Source: a virus. Taken from it: 39,826 nt of DNA. The notes beneath the pieces were generated by a model. The model did not search any database. It was given only the letters and a program-made list of their open reading frames with translations, and was not told where the DNA came from. The translations under genes were made by a program, and so were the position numbers. The stretch is from the UHGV virus genome UHGV-0392477. One strand, written 5' to 3'. Positions 17,376 through 26,027 of the stretch are shown one piece after another. How positions within the stretch are numbered: position 1 is the stretch's first letter; each line of letters opens with the position of its first letter.

Positions 17376-19101
17376 CTACAACTTTCAAAAATGCAAGATA
17401 TAATTCACCCAACTCCTCTTTGAGGAATTTAACCGTTACATCATCCCCTTGGTAAAGGGCAGTGAACACGTTTGCAAACACTTCCAACTCTGAATACCCT
17501 GGGATACCAATATATTGTGATTCATGATAGGCATCGCCCACTATCACATTATCTGTCAGGCACCCCAGTATATCGCTGATGAGGTTATTATACTCCAGTT
17601 CTCCTCCAGGAGCAAATAATTTATTATATCTATCCGCATCTTTCAGCAACCTTTTCTCTGATTCTAAAATAGCATCCGTAAACTGTACATTCATTGGGCT
17701 TCCAAACTCGTTGTGGTCAATCCGGTGCGCCAATTCATGTATCATGACCTCTCTATAGTCATAATATTCATACAACGGATGAGCTGGGTTAACTACAATT
17801 GTGTCTGTATCCGGGTCATACGCATACGCATGTTCAGCCGTCTCCTTAAGCACAACAAATTCATCCTCCGTGTATTTATCGACTAAATCTATCATTTTCT
17901 CAGGTGTATCATCCCGATACACCTTTATCTCATCTGAAACCGTGTATCTCTTCCCTGCCTCCCCCTCCCATTTCTCGGATTTCTGTTTATACTGCTTCTG
18001 ATTTTCTGGTGACAAAGAATATTCCGCCAGCCGCCCATATTTCTCTACCTGCCTTGAAGCATACTTCCGTTCAGCCTCCTGCTGATTGGCCTGGCCGATG
18101 TCTTCCAGTTCCTTTTCACTCCAGATATCGTCCGCCGTGGAAATGCCGGGGAAGTACGTTGTGTGGCTGTCCTTGCATCTGGGATGATACAGGCCGGCCG
18201 CAACGGCCTTGCTCATGAGGGGATACGGACCATCGGATTTCTTTCCGCCGGACCAGACGTCGTCAATCAGGACCTTACCGACAAATGGCAGGCACTTCGG
18301 ACACGGGTTCCCGCGCTTGTTGACAATCACGGTAGTAATCCCCCATTCTTGACGCTTCTCTCCTTCTCCTTGCAGATACGCCCGCTTGGATGCCGTCCGG
18401 ATGGCCATGCCGGCATAATCTGCCAGGGTATGACGGGCACCATTGGCATACTCTACACAGTTAAGGCCCCGTGAGAGCATATCCCTGGTGGCCATATCCA
18501 CGGCTTTTTCATAGGTGCCAGCGCCGGAATTGGCATACACCTGAGCATTAAAGATAGCCTTTCGGTATTGGTCGTTGGCCATCCTGAGAACTGCTGTTTC
18601 TGCCTGCTGCATATCATTGGTGGTTGCCTTAATCAAGGCCTCCAATTTTCGGTCATTGAGCCGGAAAAACTCTGCGGTGGCTTGAGTTGCTTCCCTGCCC
18701 TTAAACATCTTAAGCAGTGATGATGCTTTTTGACGGAAGTTCTTCCCATCCATATTCTCCAGCAAGTTAAACAATCGTTTAGGCATGTTTGGAAAGCGAT
18801 ATCCCCTCTGTATAGCTTTCAATATCTGTATTTCCTGCTGCATGTTCCCACGCTGCCTGGACATCCTGATAAGTTCACCTATCTTTTTGTTGAGATTCTG
18901 AAACTGCTTTCCATACCGTTTTCGATTTTCCCGCTTGTACTTTTCCAGAGCCTTTAGTTGTTCGGCCTGCCACATGGACCACTCAATGCCTTCCTTCGTT
19001 TCCTCGGCACGGTGGTGGTCCATGTTCCGTATCATAGACTTGATAAGTTCATCCTCTATGGCCTGGAAGGCAGCACCTATATCATACTCATTATGTCGCA
19101 C
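17368..19101 (-). CDS. MuF-family (SPP1 gp7/Mu F) head morphogenesis protein fused to an extra C-terminal HExxH domain of about 150 aa
   Basis: Mu F core NCVEYANGARHTLADYAGMAIRTASKRAYLQGE..NPCPKCLPFVGKV. C-terminal extension carries VMIHELAHRIDH and a later SELEVFANVF. GTG start with RBS GGAAGGGG. Confidence 0.8.
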   Translation of the reverse strand: MRHNEYDIGAAFQAIEDELIKSMIRNMDHHRAEETKEGIEWSMWQAEQLKALEKYKRENRKRYGKQFQNLNKKIGELIRMSRQRGNMQQEIQILKAIQRGYRFPNMPKRLFNLLENMDGKNFRQKASSLLKMFKGREATQATAEFFRLNDRKLEALIKATTNDMQQAETAVLRMANDQYRKAIFNAQVYANSGAGTYEKAVDMATRDMLSRGLNCVEYANGARHTLADYAGMAIRTASKRAYLQGEGEKRQEWGITTVIVNKRGNPCPKCLPFVGKVLIDDVWSGGKKSDGPYPLMSKAVAAGLYHPRCKDSHTTYFPGISTADDIWSEKELEDIGQANQQEAERKYASRQVEKYGRLAEYSLSPENQKQYKQKSEKWEGEAGKRYTVSDEIKVYRDDTPEKMIDLVDKYTEDEFVVLKETAEHAYAYDPDTDTIVVNPAHPLYEYYDYREVMIHELAHRIDHNEFGSPMNVQFTDAILESEKRLLKDADRYNKLFAPGGELEYNNLISDILGCLTDNVIVGDAYHESQYIGIPGYSELEVFANVFTALYQGDDVTVKFLKEELGELYLAFLKVVGE

Positions 19102-19369
19102 TCATCAGCGCCCCTTCCGCTCCATCAGCTCCACCCTCCATCAGTTGGCCACCTTTGTTGGAATACACTCTGTATCCCTGCGTCTTAAACTGCCGTGTCA
19201 GACTCTTAAGCTGTGTGACGCTGCTACACTTATCACAGCGCAGCTCTGCATATCCCTGCTTTTCAATGGCGTATATCCCGAATGGCACCTGCTCACTTGC
19301 CACCTGCAGCAGCCCCTGGTACTCCTTCTGGTTCATCTGGTACAGACGGTTCATTACCTTGACCTTCAT
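19091..19369 (-). CDS. Hypothetical protein (92 aa) between portal and MuF
   Basis: ORF overlaps the 3' end of the portal gene by 77 nt in another frame. RBS AGGAAAGG. Confidence 0.35.
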   Translation of the reverse strand: MKVKVMNRLYQMNQKEYQGLLQVASEQVPFGIYAIEKQGYAELRCDKCSSVTQLKSLTRQFKTQGYRVYSNKGGQLMEGGADGAEGALMSAT

Positions 19370-20885
19370 CTGCCTTTCCTCCCTTCGTGTTCAGTTGGAA
19401 GCCGCCGGCAGACGTACTAATCCCGGGTTCCTCCACTTCCGCAATGCCCTGCTCCGCTTTCAGCCTGGCAATTTCCTCCTGCTTCCACTTCTCGTCCTTG
19501 GTATCCCCATACAACTCCTCTACCTGGGCCTCAATACTCATCATGGGGGCACCAGGCCGAGCCTTGGCCAGGGTCTCCACCTGGCTCTCAAAGGATGGGT
19601 TTGCATACTCACCGAAGGGGATATCCACTTTGACCTCCTCCACCCCCTTACCATGAAGGATATTGCAGGCGTTGATTGCCGCACTGACCAGCTCCGGAAG
19701 AGTCTCCTGCAGAGCCTCCACAATAGCATTCCGGGTGTACAGGGTAGCTTTTTCCTTTTCGCGCTGCGCTTCGGCGTTGTCCAGCTTCTTGACATCAATC
19801 CCCAGAGTGGATGGGCTGATAACGCCCTGCAGGCACAGGTCCAAAGCTGTACAATAGGACGCCAGATAACTATCGTGGGGGATAGTTGGCTGCACCACAT
19901 TGACCTTGTTATCTGCATTCTCTGACATATCATTATCAGAAGCAAAATATCGGTCGTCAAATGGGTTCGGCCGGATGACCTGACCTGTCTCCGGGTCATG
20001 CGGTACCAGACAGTCCGGTATGTACGTCTTGGCCCGACCAGCACGCAGCGCATCCATCCACTGGGACCAGGCCTCGTCAAAGGCATCAAAACTGTCCAGC
20101 TTACCGTCAAAGATGCTGCCACCGCGTCCCTCGTATTTGGTGGATTCATAGACTTGCAAGGGTACGGCCAGCATGACTGTATCATCAAACTTCGTATCTT
20201 TTATTCCCTTTGTGGCATCGATGGCATTAAGGGGCACTGGCGTGTCACCCTTATACAACTCGTTACGTATATAGCCGTATCCATAATGCTCATACAGGAC
20301 ATACTGTTGATGCCCGGCCTTATATGGCGTCTTGAACACAACTTCCTTCACACGGTCCCGGTTCCGGACAATCTCAACCCGCTCCCCAGGGTACCACTCA
20401 AGAATAGGGTACTCACTGACAGTCGTATCAATCGTGACCTTAAAGGCCCCATCCCCGATGTACAGGACCTCCTTCAAAGCCTTCTCAATTTTATGGATGA
20501 ACTTATTATCCTTTGCAATGTCCTCCCACAGCTGCCGCTGCTGGTCGTTACCTGCAAAATCAAAATCATTCATGTCATCCAGGACAATGCTTGACAGGAT
20601 GCGGATAATTAGCCCGGGCAGACCGGTATGTATCTTGCGCATCTCCATACCCGGGGTGCATTTGCTGGCCCAGAACTTGTATCTGTCAGCGTACTCCGGG
20701 GTCTGCTGGTACATCTGTTCCAGTTCGTTGCTGTCCCCGCGGTACCAGATGCGGTTCCGGATGGCGTTCGCCTCAAAGTCCAGGACCTCGTTAATCTGGA
20801 TGCAGTTCCCGCTGGCCGGTACCACATTCAGCCAGCTGCGGATGCCCCGCTTGATAGTCTCACTCATGTTGTTCAGCCACCTCAT
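19293..20885 (-). CDS. Portal protein (SPP1 gp6-like)
   Basis: 530 aa. Sits between terL and MuF. IWYRGDSNEL-type motif. Confidence 0.85.
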   Translation of the reverse strand: MRWLNNMSETIKRGIRSWLNVVPASGNCIQINEVLDFEANAIRNRIWYRGDSNELEQMYQQTPEYADRYKFWASKCTPGMEMRKIHTGLPGLIIRILSSIVLDDMNDFDFAGNDQQRQLWEDIAKDNKFIHKIEKALKEVLYIGDGAFKVTIDTTVSEYPILEWYPGERVEIVRNRDRVKEVVFKTPYKAGHQQYVLYEHYGYGYIRNELYKGDTPVPLNAIDATKGIKDTKFDDTVMLAVPLQVYESTKYEGRGGSIFDGKLDSFDAFDEAWSQWMDALRAGRAKTYIPDCLVPHDPETGQVIRPNPFDDRYFASDNDMSENADNKVNVVQPTIPHDSYLASYCTALDLCLQGVISPSTLGIDVKKLDNAEAQREKEKATLYTRNAIVEALQETLPELVSAAINACNILHGKGVEEVKVDIPFGEYANPSFESQVETLAKARPGAPMMSIEAQVEELYGDTKDEKWKQEEIARLKAEQGIAEVEEPGISTSAGGFQLNTKGGKADEGQGNEPSVPDEPEGVPGAAAGGK

Positions 20886-22231
20886 TTCTTCTCAGCCTCC
20901 TCGAATCCAATCAGGTTCCGGTATGGTATCCAGGCATACTGATTGGCATTAATGGTATGGTCGTTCCTGTCCTCCGGCTTGTCCTTCTCGTCATCCCAGG
21001 AGTACCGGTCCAACTCGGACAGATGCTCCACACAGGTATCCACTACCAGGTAACACCCCTGCTGTATCCAGCCCAGCTGCAGGTTGATACGGTCGATGAT
21101 TCCCAGCTGCTTGTACGCATCCCAGAAGTTATACAGACAGCCCTTAAGCCGCTTGTATTTGCGTAGCTCCGTGATGGTCGCCTGGTCCGCATTGTCTATG
21201 TATATATCTTTCGCAAAACCCCAGTCCTTGCGGCACTGCTCCAGAAAGGCCACGAACTTGACTGCTGTGTCACTAGGGGCCAGTGGGACATCCAGTTTGG
21301 CGTTGTTGTAGACCTTCTCAGCCAGGGTAACAAGCTTTCTGTCCTCCGTGATGCCCTGGAATATCATAGCTATGGTATCTGGGGACTTAGAGGAGTAGGA
21401 TGTGTCCAGGGCGGCAGTGAACTTTTTGAATTTCAGTGCCTTGGCCTGCTTGACTGTGATGACATGCTTAGACCGCTCGAAGTTGCTGAAGATCAGGCCG
21501 GTTGCCTTGCCTCTCAAGCCCTGGATCTTGTTTTTCCAGATCTTTGTGCCCTTCGGCGTGTTCGTCATAATCTGGTCCAGCTTCTCCTTACTCAGGCCCA
21601 GATTATGGGCAAAAGAAAAGAACCAATGCACCCAACCGGGTTTTGGTTCCTCCTGTAATTCATCCATTATCTCTTTTGGTGTTTCATCTTCCCACTCAGG
21701 CAGTGGCCTGGAACAGTTGATATACTCCTTATACACATCCAGGCCCGGGTCATCCGGGTTGAGCGTGGCCATCAGGTAATCGCTTCTCATGGCGGCCTCA
21801 CGCACAAACTCAATGTCTGCCGTGTTAATCTCATCAATGTACAAGCATCCGTACTGGCCGCCCAGGGCATCCTTCCACTTGCGCTTGTTGCCGTAGCCGA
21901 CAACAAAGATTATCTTATCGCCGCCGGATGTGTGGAATAGGATGTGAGGCATGTTATATCCACCGCCGCCGTTGCCTTTGTACTCCACCAGCACGCCGAA
22001 GTCATCCAGGATGCCCAGGTCCTTCTGGATGATGTTCTTCTCGGCGGCGCCGGTGTCATCCGCAGCCAGGATGTGCAGCTTTTTGGGCGATTCCGCTACC
22101 TTTAGCATGAATTTGAATAACCCCACCGTGGTCTTGCCGGCCGCCGTGGTACCCTCCAGGAACTCCATCGGGGCATCACAGCGCAGGAACGCCTTGTACT
22201 TATCCGACAGCAGTAATCTACCCGCGCTCAT
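20882..22231 (-). CDS. terL: Terminase large subunit
   Basis: Walker A GTTAAGKTT. 449 aa. Overlaps terS and portal. Confidence 0.9.
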   Translation of the reverse strand: MSAGRLLLSDKYKAFLRCDAPMEFLEGTTAAGKTTVGLFKFMLKVAESPKKLHILAADDTGAAEKNIIQKDLGILDDFGVLVEYKGNGGGGYNMPHILFHTSGGDKIIFVVGYGNKRKWKDALGGQYGCLYIDEINTADIEFVREAAMRSDYLMATLNPDDPGLDVYKEYINCSRPLPEWEDETPKEIMDELQEEPKPGWVHWFFSFAHNLGLSKEKLDQIMTNTPKGTKIWKNKIQGLRGKATGLIFSNFERSKHVITVKQAKALKFKKFTAALDTSYSSKSPDTIAMIFQGITEDRKLVTLAEKVYNNAKLDVPLAPSDTAVKFVAFLEQCRKDWGFAKDIYIDNADQATITELRKYKRLKGCLYNFWDAYKQLGIIDRINLQLGWIQQGCYLVVDTCVEHLSELDRYSWDDEKDKPEDRNDHTINANQYAWIPYRNLIGFEEAEKK

Positions 22232-22671
22232 TACCCACCACCACGCATCTGCTCAAGAAGGTCATCCAGTTTGGTTTTCTCGGTGTTAAGCCCACCGGAC
22301 AAATTATTTTCTACCTTCGTCGTATAGCCATATTTGCTCATCCACAGCCCCGCCAGCTGCGACGGGATTATCTGTAGCTCAAATTTCTTCCTAGCATCAG
22401 CTTCGCACTCCTCTCGTATGCGCGTGACGATGTCCCCATACCTCTTCCTATTCGCATAAGTCTCGTAAAATTTCGACCTTGCAATCCCAAGATATACACA
22501 GAATCCCTCAATGGTGTAGGTAATGCTCCGCTTAAGTTTGGCTGACACAAATTCACTGTTCTTTGAACTAAAGTCATGGGTAAGCACTTCCTGGTTATCA
22601 CATTCCTGTTTGTACGCTTCCCAAAACTGCTCCATTTCTTCTGGGGATTTAATCTTCAATGGTCTTCCCAT
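22231..22671 (-). CDS. terS: Terminase small subunit
   Basis: 146 aa with an N-terminal HTH-like region. Directly upstream of terL. Confidence 0.75.
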   Translation of the reverse strand: MGRPLKIKSPEEMEQFWEAYKQECDNQEVLTHDFSSKNSEFVSAKLKRSITYTIEGFCVYLGIARSKFYETYANRKRYGDIVTRIREECEADARKKFELQIIPSQLAGLWMSKYGYTTKVENNLSGGLNTEKTKLDDLLEQMRGGG

Positions 22672-22772
22672 CCGTGCTCACCTCCTTGCGTCAGTCAAAG
22701 AAAAGAACCCCAGACCTATAATAGCCTGGAGTCCCAGAAAGGAATTTACAATGTCAAATGTATCTGTCTGAA

Positions 22773-22846
22773 TAGCGGGGGCAGGATTTGAACCTGCGGC
22801 CTCCGGGTTATGGGCCCGGCGAGCTGCCAGACTGCTCTACCTCGCA
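22773..22846 (-). tRNA. Initiator-like tRNA-Met (anticodon CAT) with non-canonical positions
   Basis: Minus strand reads TGCGAGG-TA-GAGC-AGTCTGGCA-GCTC-G-CCGGG-CCCATAA-CCCGG-AGGCC-GCAGG-TTCAAAT-CCTGC-CCCCGCT-A. Three consecutive G:C pairs close the anticodon stem. There is a 1:72 mismatch. Strong identity to bacterial tRNA-fMet, but with C33 and an A5:C68 mismatch. Confidence 0.7.
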
Positions 22847-23141
22847 TCAATACCGGCCTATCGCCGGTATGGTCCAACTCACGCCGCGGTTGGCTTACGG
22901 ATACCTTGCACCAGTATGGTATCAACTGGGAGCTGCTCTCTATCCGATTTGCGAAGCTATGAAGAGGCAGGAGAACGTCAGCTTCTAATTAGCCACCAGG
23001 CTGTAACGCCTGGTAGCCGTTATTTGTGGGGAGGATGCAAAATCAATCAGCTTTCCGCTTCATCCAATTCTGCATATTACAATTATAAATCGTCCAAAAG
23101 GACTTATCAAGGACATCATTTTGACGCAGTTTGTCAAGCCC

Positions 23142-23726
23142 TTAATCAAGCATAATTGCATCCGCTCCAAACAGATATATGCTCAGTATCCCAGTGAGCT
23201 CCGTCACCCACCGTCTTGCCGTTCTATCTGAACAATTCAAAAGCTCTCCAATTTCGTTAGGCTCCATACCATCAAAGTACCTATACTTAAAAGCCAGATA
23301 CTTCTCATGCGTATTCTTCCGACACTCCTCATCCTCCAGGAGCTTCAAACACTTGTCTATGTGTCCTATCATGACAATACTCCGGAGCTTGCTCTTGAGG
23401 ATACTGTTGATAAAGATATCTTCCTCTGTGAACTCCTCCAGTTCATCGCCATTATCCATGTCGGACAGTTCTGCCACTCCCTCCTCCACGCTCTGACAGA
23501 TGCGGTTATAATTCTCCATCAGCTTCTTGGTGTTCTGGAATACCTTTATTCTCTTTTCCCTCCGGAGTTGCTTCTCATGCTCCTTAAGGGCTTCCCTTGC
23601 GGCCAGCCTGGCCACTTCCTCCAATGCTACCGTCTGTTTCACCGGCATCACCTCCTCCCGCATCCAGGTACGGGCACGCCCAGCACCCGTACCGTATCCT
23701 GCCCTTGTTGTTGCGCTGGCCATCAC
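23142..23726 (-). CDS. ArpU-family (sigma-70 region-4-like) late gene transcriptional activator
   Basis: Sits upstream of terS. C-terminal EPNEIGELLNCSDRTARRWVTELTGIL is an HTH. The real start is probably internal (ATG at about 23648-23663, preceded by GGGAGGAGG). Confidence 0.65.
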   Translation of the reverse strand: MMASATTRAGYGTGAGRARTWMREEVMPVKQTVALEEVARLAAREALKEHEKQLRREKRIKVFQNTKKLMENYNRICQSVEEGVAELSDMDNGDELEEFTEEDIFINSILKSKLRSIVMIGHIDKCLKLLEDEECRKNTHEKYLAFKYRYFDGMEPNEIGELLNCSDRTARRWVTELTGILSIYLFGADAIMLD

Positions 23727-23944
23727 ACCCGTGATGCCCGTTGTCTATGTAGCATTGTCTCATAGTACCGTATCACTCCCTTCGGCGGCCGGCGCAGTCC
23801 CGGGACCGGGCACAGGCTGGTATACGTGTAGGCCGGCGCCGTCCGGATGCGCTCCCGGATGGCCTCGTCGGCCTGAGCGGCCAGGGCCTTGCTGCGGTCT
23901 ATGCGACTGACCTTGGCCTGCTTACTGTCTGCTTTCTTTCTCAA
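23723..23944 (-). CDS. Small basic hypothetical protein
   Basis: TTG start with RBS GGGAGG 7 nt upstream. Confidence 0.4.
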   Translation of the reverse strand: MRKKADSKQAKVSRIDRSKALAAQADEAIRERIRTAPAYTYTSLCPVPGLRRPPKGVIRYYETMLHRQRASRV

Positions 23945-23972
23945 TCAGGTACCTCCCTTCGTAGCACAAATA

Positions 23973-24155
23973 TCAGTTCGGTTGATTAGATACTATCCTG
24001 TGCGTTGCAGCATCCATATCCTTAATCATATCTAATAGCGGCCGCTCTGTCTCACTTTTCGCTATCGCTTTCCAGCGATATGTATATACCGGTTGTGAGC
24101 AATTTCCTAAAATATTTGGCATTGCATAGCTTTCTTTTCTCTCCAAGAAAAACAT
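23973..24155 (-). CDS. Hypothetical protein (60 aa)
   Basis: RBS GGGAGGTAAGAG precedes the ATG. Confidence 0.5.
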   Translation of the reverse strand: MFFLERKESYAMPNILGNCSQPVYTYRWKAIAKSETERPLLDMIKDMDAATHRIVSNQPN

Positions 24156-24172
24156 CTCTTACCTCCCTAATG

Positions 24173-24427
24173 TCAGTTTAGCTTAATGATAAATGACCAT
24201 GTAAACCATCCAAATTCCAACAATCTTTTTTCCCTGTGCCATAATACTGCTGGTAATATTTTCAATATTCCCGTTGTATTACAAATATCCCAAATCATAT
24301 TCCACCTCTCTATATCCGGTTGGCTATCAATCAGCAATTTCGCAGCTTCTCGTGCATCTCTCGCAAAATCAGATGCACCGACAAAAACCTCGCTAAAATC
24401 CACCTTATCCGCATCTATCAGTCTCAT
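24173..24427 (-). CDS. Hypothetical protein (84 aa)
   Basis: ORF with a plausible RBS. Confidence 0.45.
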   Translation of the reverse strand: MRLIDADKVDFSEVFVGASDFARDAREAAKLLIDSQPDIERWNMIWDICNTTGILKILPAVLWHREKRLLEFGWFTWSFIIKLN

Positions 24428-24465
24428 AATCTGTCCTTTCCTCCGGTTCTCCCGGAAATGCTAAT

Positions 24466-24954
24466 TTACGTTGCTGGATGCAATACCGGCAACGCCGCAC
24501 CCTGGGCAGCTTTGGCTCCGGCTTCTCGCGGTGCCTCTGGCCTGTACGGCTCCGGTAATGGCATCCAGGCAACGATATCATCATGAGTAATCCCCGTTGG
24601 AGTTATGTGCCAACTTTGTCTATTAATACCATACCAAGCTACCAAAATCCATCCGTTACCCGTACATACCAAGACATCCTCACCGCCTTCTGGCAGCCGC
24701 TCCTCCACCGGAATCCATCCAGTCAGCATCTTGCCATCAAGAATCTCCTCTGGCTCCAGGCCGGTATCCTCATAGGCTTTCAATCTAACAGATATGCTCT
24801 TGAGTATTTCAGCGCAATCTTCCTGGCCTTCAATTCCATATTCATTTGCTAGGTCCAATATGTTATAAACTCCTTCTGGGTCGTATGAAACACTGTACAA
24901 TATCTCTTCCCAAGCATCCCACCCCATATCTGTTTTATGGGTCAATCGTTCCAT
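24466..24954 (-). CDS. DUF551-domain phage protein
   Basis: C-terminus WIPVEERLPE..VLVCTGNGWILVAWY...DDIVAWMPLPEPY matches the DUF551 pattern. Confidence 0.65.
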   Translation of the reverse strand: MERLTHKTDMGWDAWEEILYSVSYDPEGVYNILDLANEYGIEGQEDCAEILKSISVRLKAYEDTGLEPEEILDGKMLTGWIPVEERLPEGGEDVLVCTGNGWILVAWYGINRQSWHITPTGITHDDIVAWMPLPEPYRPEAPREAGAKAAQGAALPVLHPAT

Positions 24955-24986
24955 GTTTCTCCTTCCTCCTGTTCAACCAGAAAATT

Positions 24987-25409
24987 CTAATTTTGACGAG
25001 TAAGCAAATCCGGATTATCAAAGATGTTTCCGATAATCTCATATTCGTTTAAATCGCTCCTTAAATTAAACCGTCTCCATTTGCTGAATAAAGCAAAACC
25101 GCCATCATTCCACCTGACAGAAAACGCATCAAACCCTGCGAAATTATGTCCTTTCCCATCGTCTTTTCCGTATTTGCTCGTTCTTACAATATCATTCTCC
25201 CAAATCTTCTGGACGTTCTTATCTTGCAGTCCGGTATACTGACAGACGGTTTCTGGAACTATTTCAACCCATTCCGCATAACGCTCGTCATATCCATGGC
25301 CATCATCATATACCGGCAAGATATAGTGATGTCCTCTACATTTTACATAAAAACCTGTCTCCCACTCGCCATTGTCCAATCTCTTTGCCTTAAATGAATA
25401 TCTGTCCAT
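24987..25409 (-). CDS. YopX-family protein
   Basis: C-terminal IIGNIFDNPDLL and overall YopX architecture. Confidence 0.65.
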   Translation of the reverse strand: MDRYSFKAKRLDNGEWETGFYVKCRGHHYILPVYDDGHGYDERYAEWVEIVPETVCQYTGLQDKNVQKIWENDIVRTSKYGKDDGKGHNFAGFDAFSVRWNDGGFALFSKWRRFNLRSDLNEYEIIGNIFDNPDLLTRQN

Positions 25410-25433
25410 ATCTCCCCATCCTAAAATTTCGAT

Positions 25434-25709
25434 TTAATCGTAAGAAGCTGCACTTGCATCCAACTCAATACCCTCCATCACTGCCCTGGCTTCAAGAACT
25501 GCAATATAATCAGTCATGGCAGAAATCTGCATGTTATATGTACTTCGTGGGCAGGTTGGAACAAACCCAAGCTCTATTCCCCTGTCCCATTTATTCAGCA
25601 TATTAGCCAATCCTCTGTATCTGATAACTAACTGCTGATACTCTGCAATAAATCTCTTTTTGTAATCTGCACTATTCATTCCTTCTACTGTATCCGCTAA
25701 TTTCATCAT
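25434..25709 (-). CDS. Hypothetical phage protein (91 aa)
   Basis: ORF in a tight array of accessory genes. Confidence 0.5.
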   Translation of the reverse strand: MMKLADTVEGMNSADYKKRFIAEYQQLVIRYRGLANMLNKWDRGIELGFVPTCPRSTYNMQISAMTDYIAVLEARAVMEGIELDASAASYD

Positions 25710-25757
25710 GTCTTCCTCTTTTCTCCCACACTTAGCAGTGGGCGGCTAAATAACGAT

Positions 25758-26027
25758 TTATGATATCATCCTATCCACGTAACCTAAGACACATACATAT
25801 TTTTCCGCCAGCTTACAAGATGCCTTACTTCCTCTCGCCGCCTCGTTTTTCTCCCTCCGGATCTGTTCCTCAAGCCATTCACGTATTTCCCGCACCTGCT
25901 CCTCATTCGGCCAGGAATGGCTAAGCTGCTTAAGCATTTTACGTATCTGGCTCTTTCCCGCACCGGGGAGGAATGTATCCAGGTCTATCTCCATCCACCC
26001 ATTAGGAATGCAGAATCTAATTACCAT
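25758..26027 (-). CDS. Hypothetical protein (89 aa)
   Basis: ORF overlaps the helicase start. Confidence 0.5.
   Translation of the reverse strand: MVIRFCIPNGWMEIDLDTFLPGAGKSQIRKMLKQLSHSWPNEEQVREIREWLEEQIRREKNEAARGSKASCKLAEKYVCVLGYVDRMIS

Noticed and set aside
19155-19925. 256-aa plus-strand ORF
   Set aside because: Antisense to the portal gene. No independent support.
22773-22846. tRNA-like sequence as the integration (att) site
   Set aside because: It has phage genes on both sides (terS and ArpU) and is a full-length tRNA rather than a 3' fragment. The GGTAGGCAA repeat cluster next to int is a better attP candidate.
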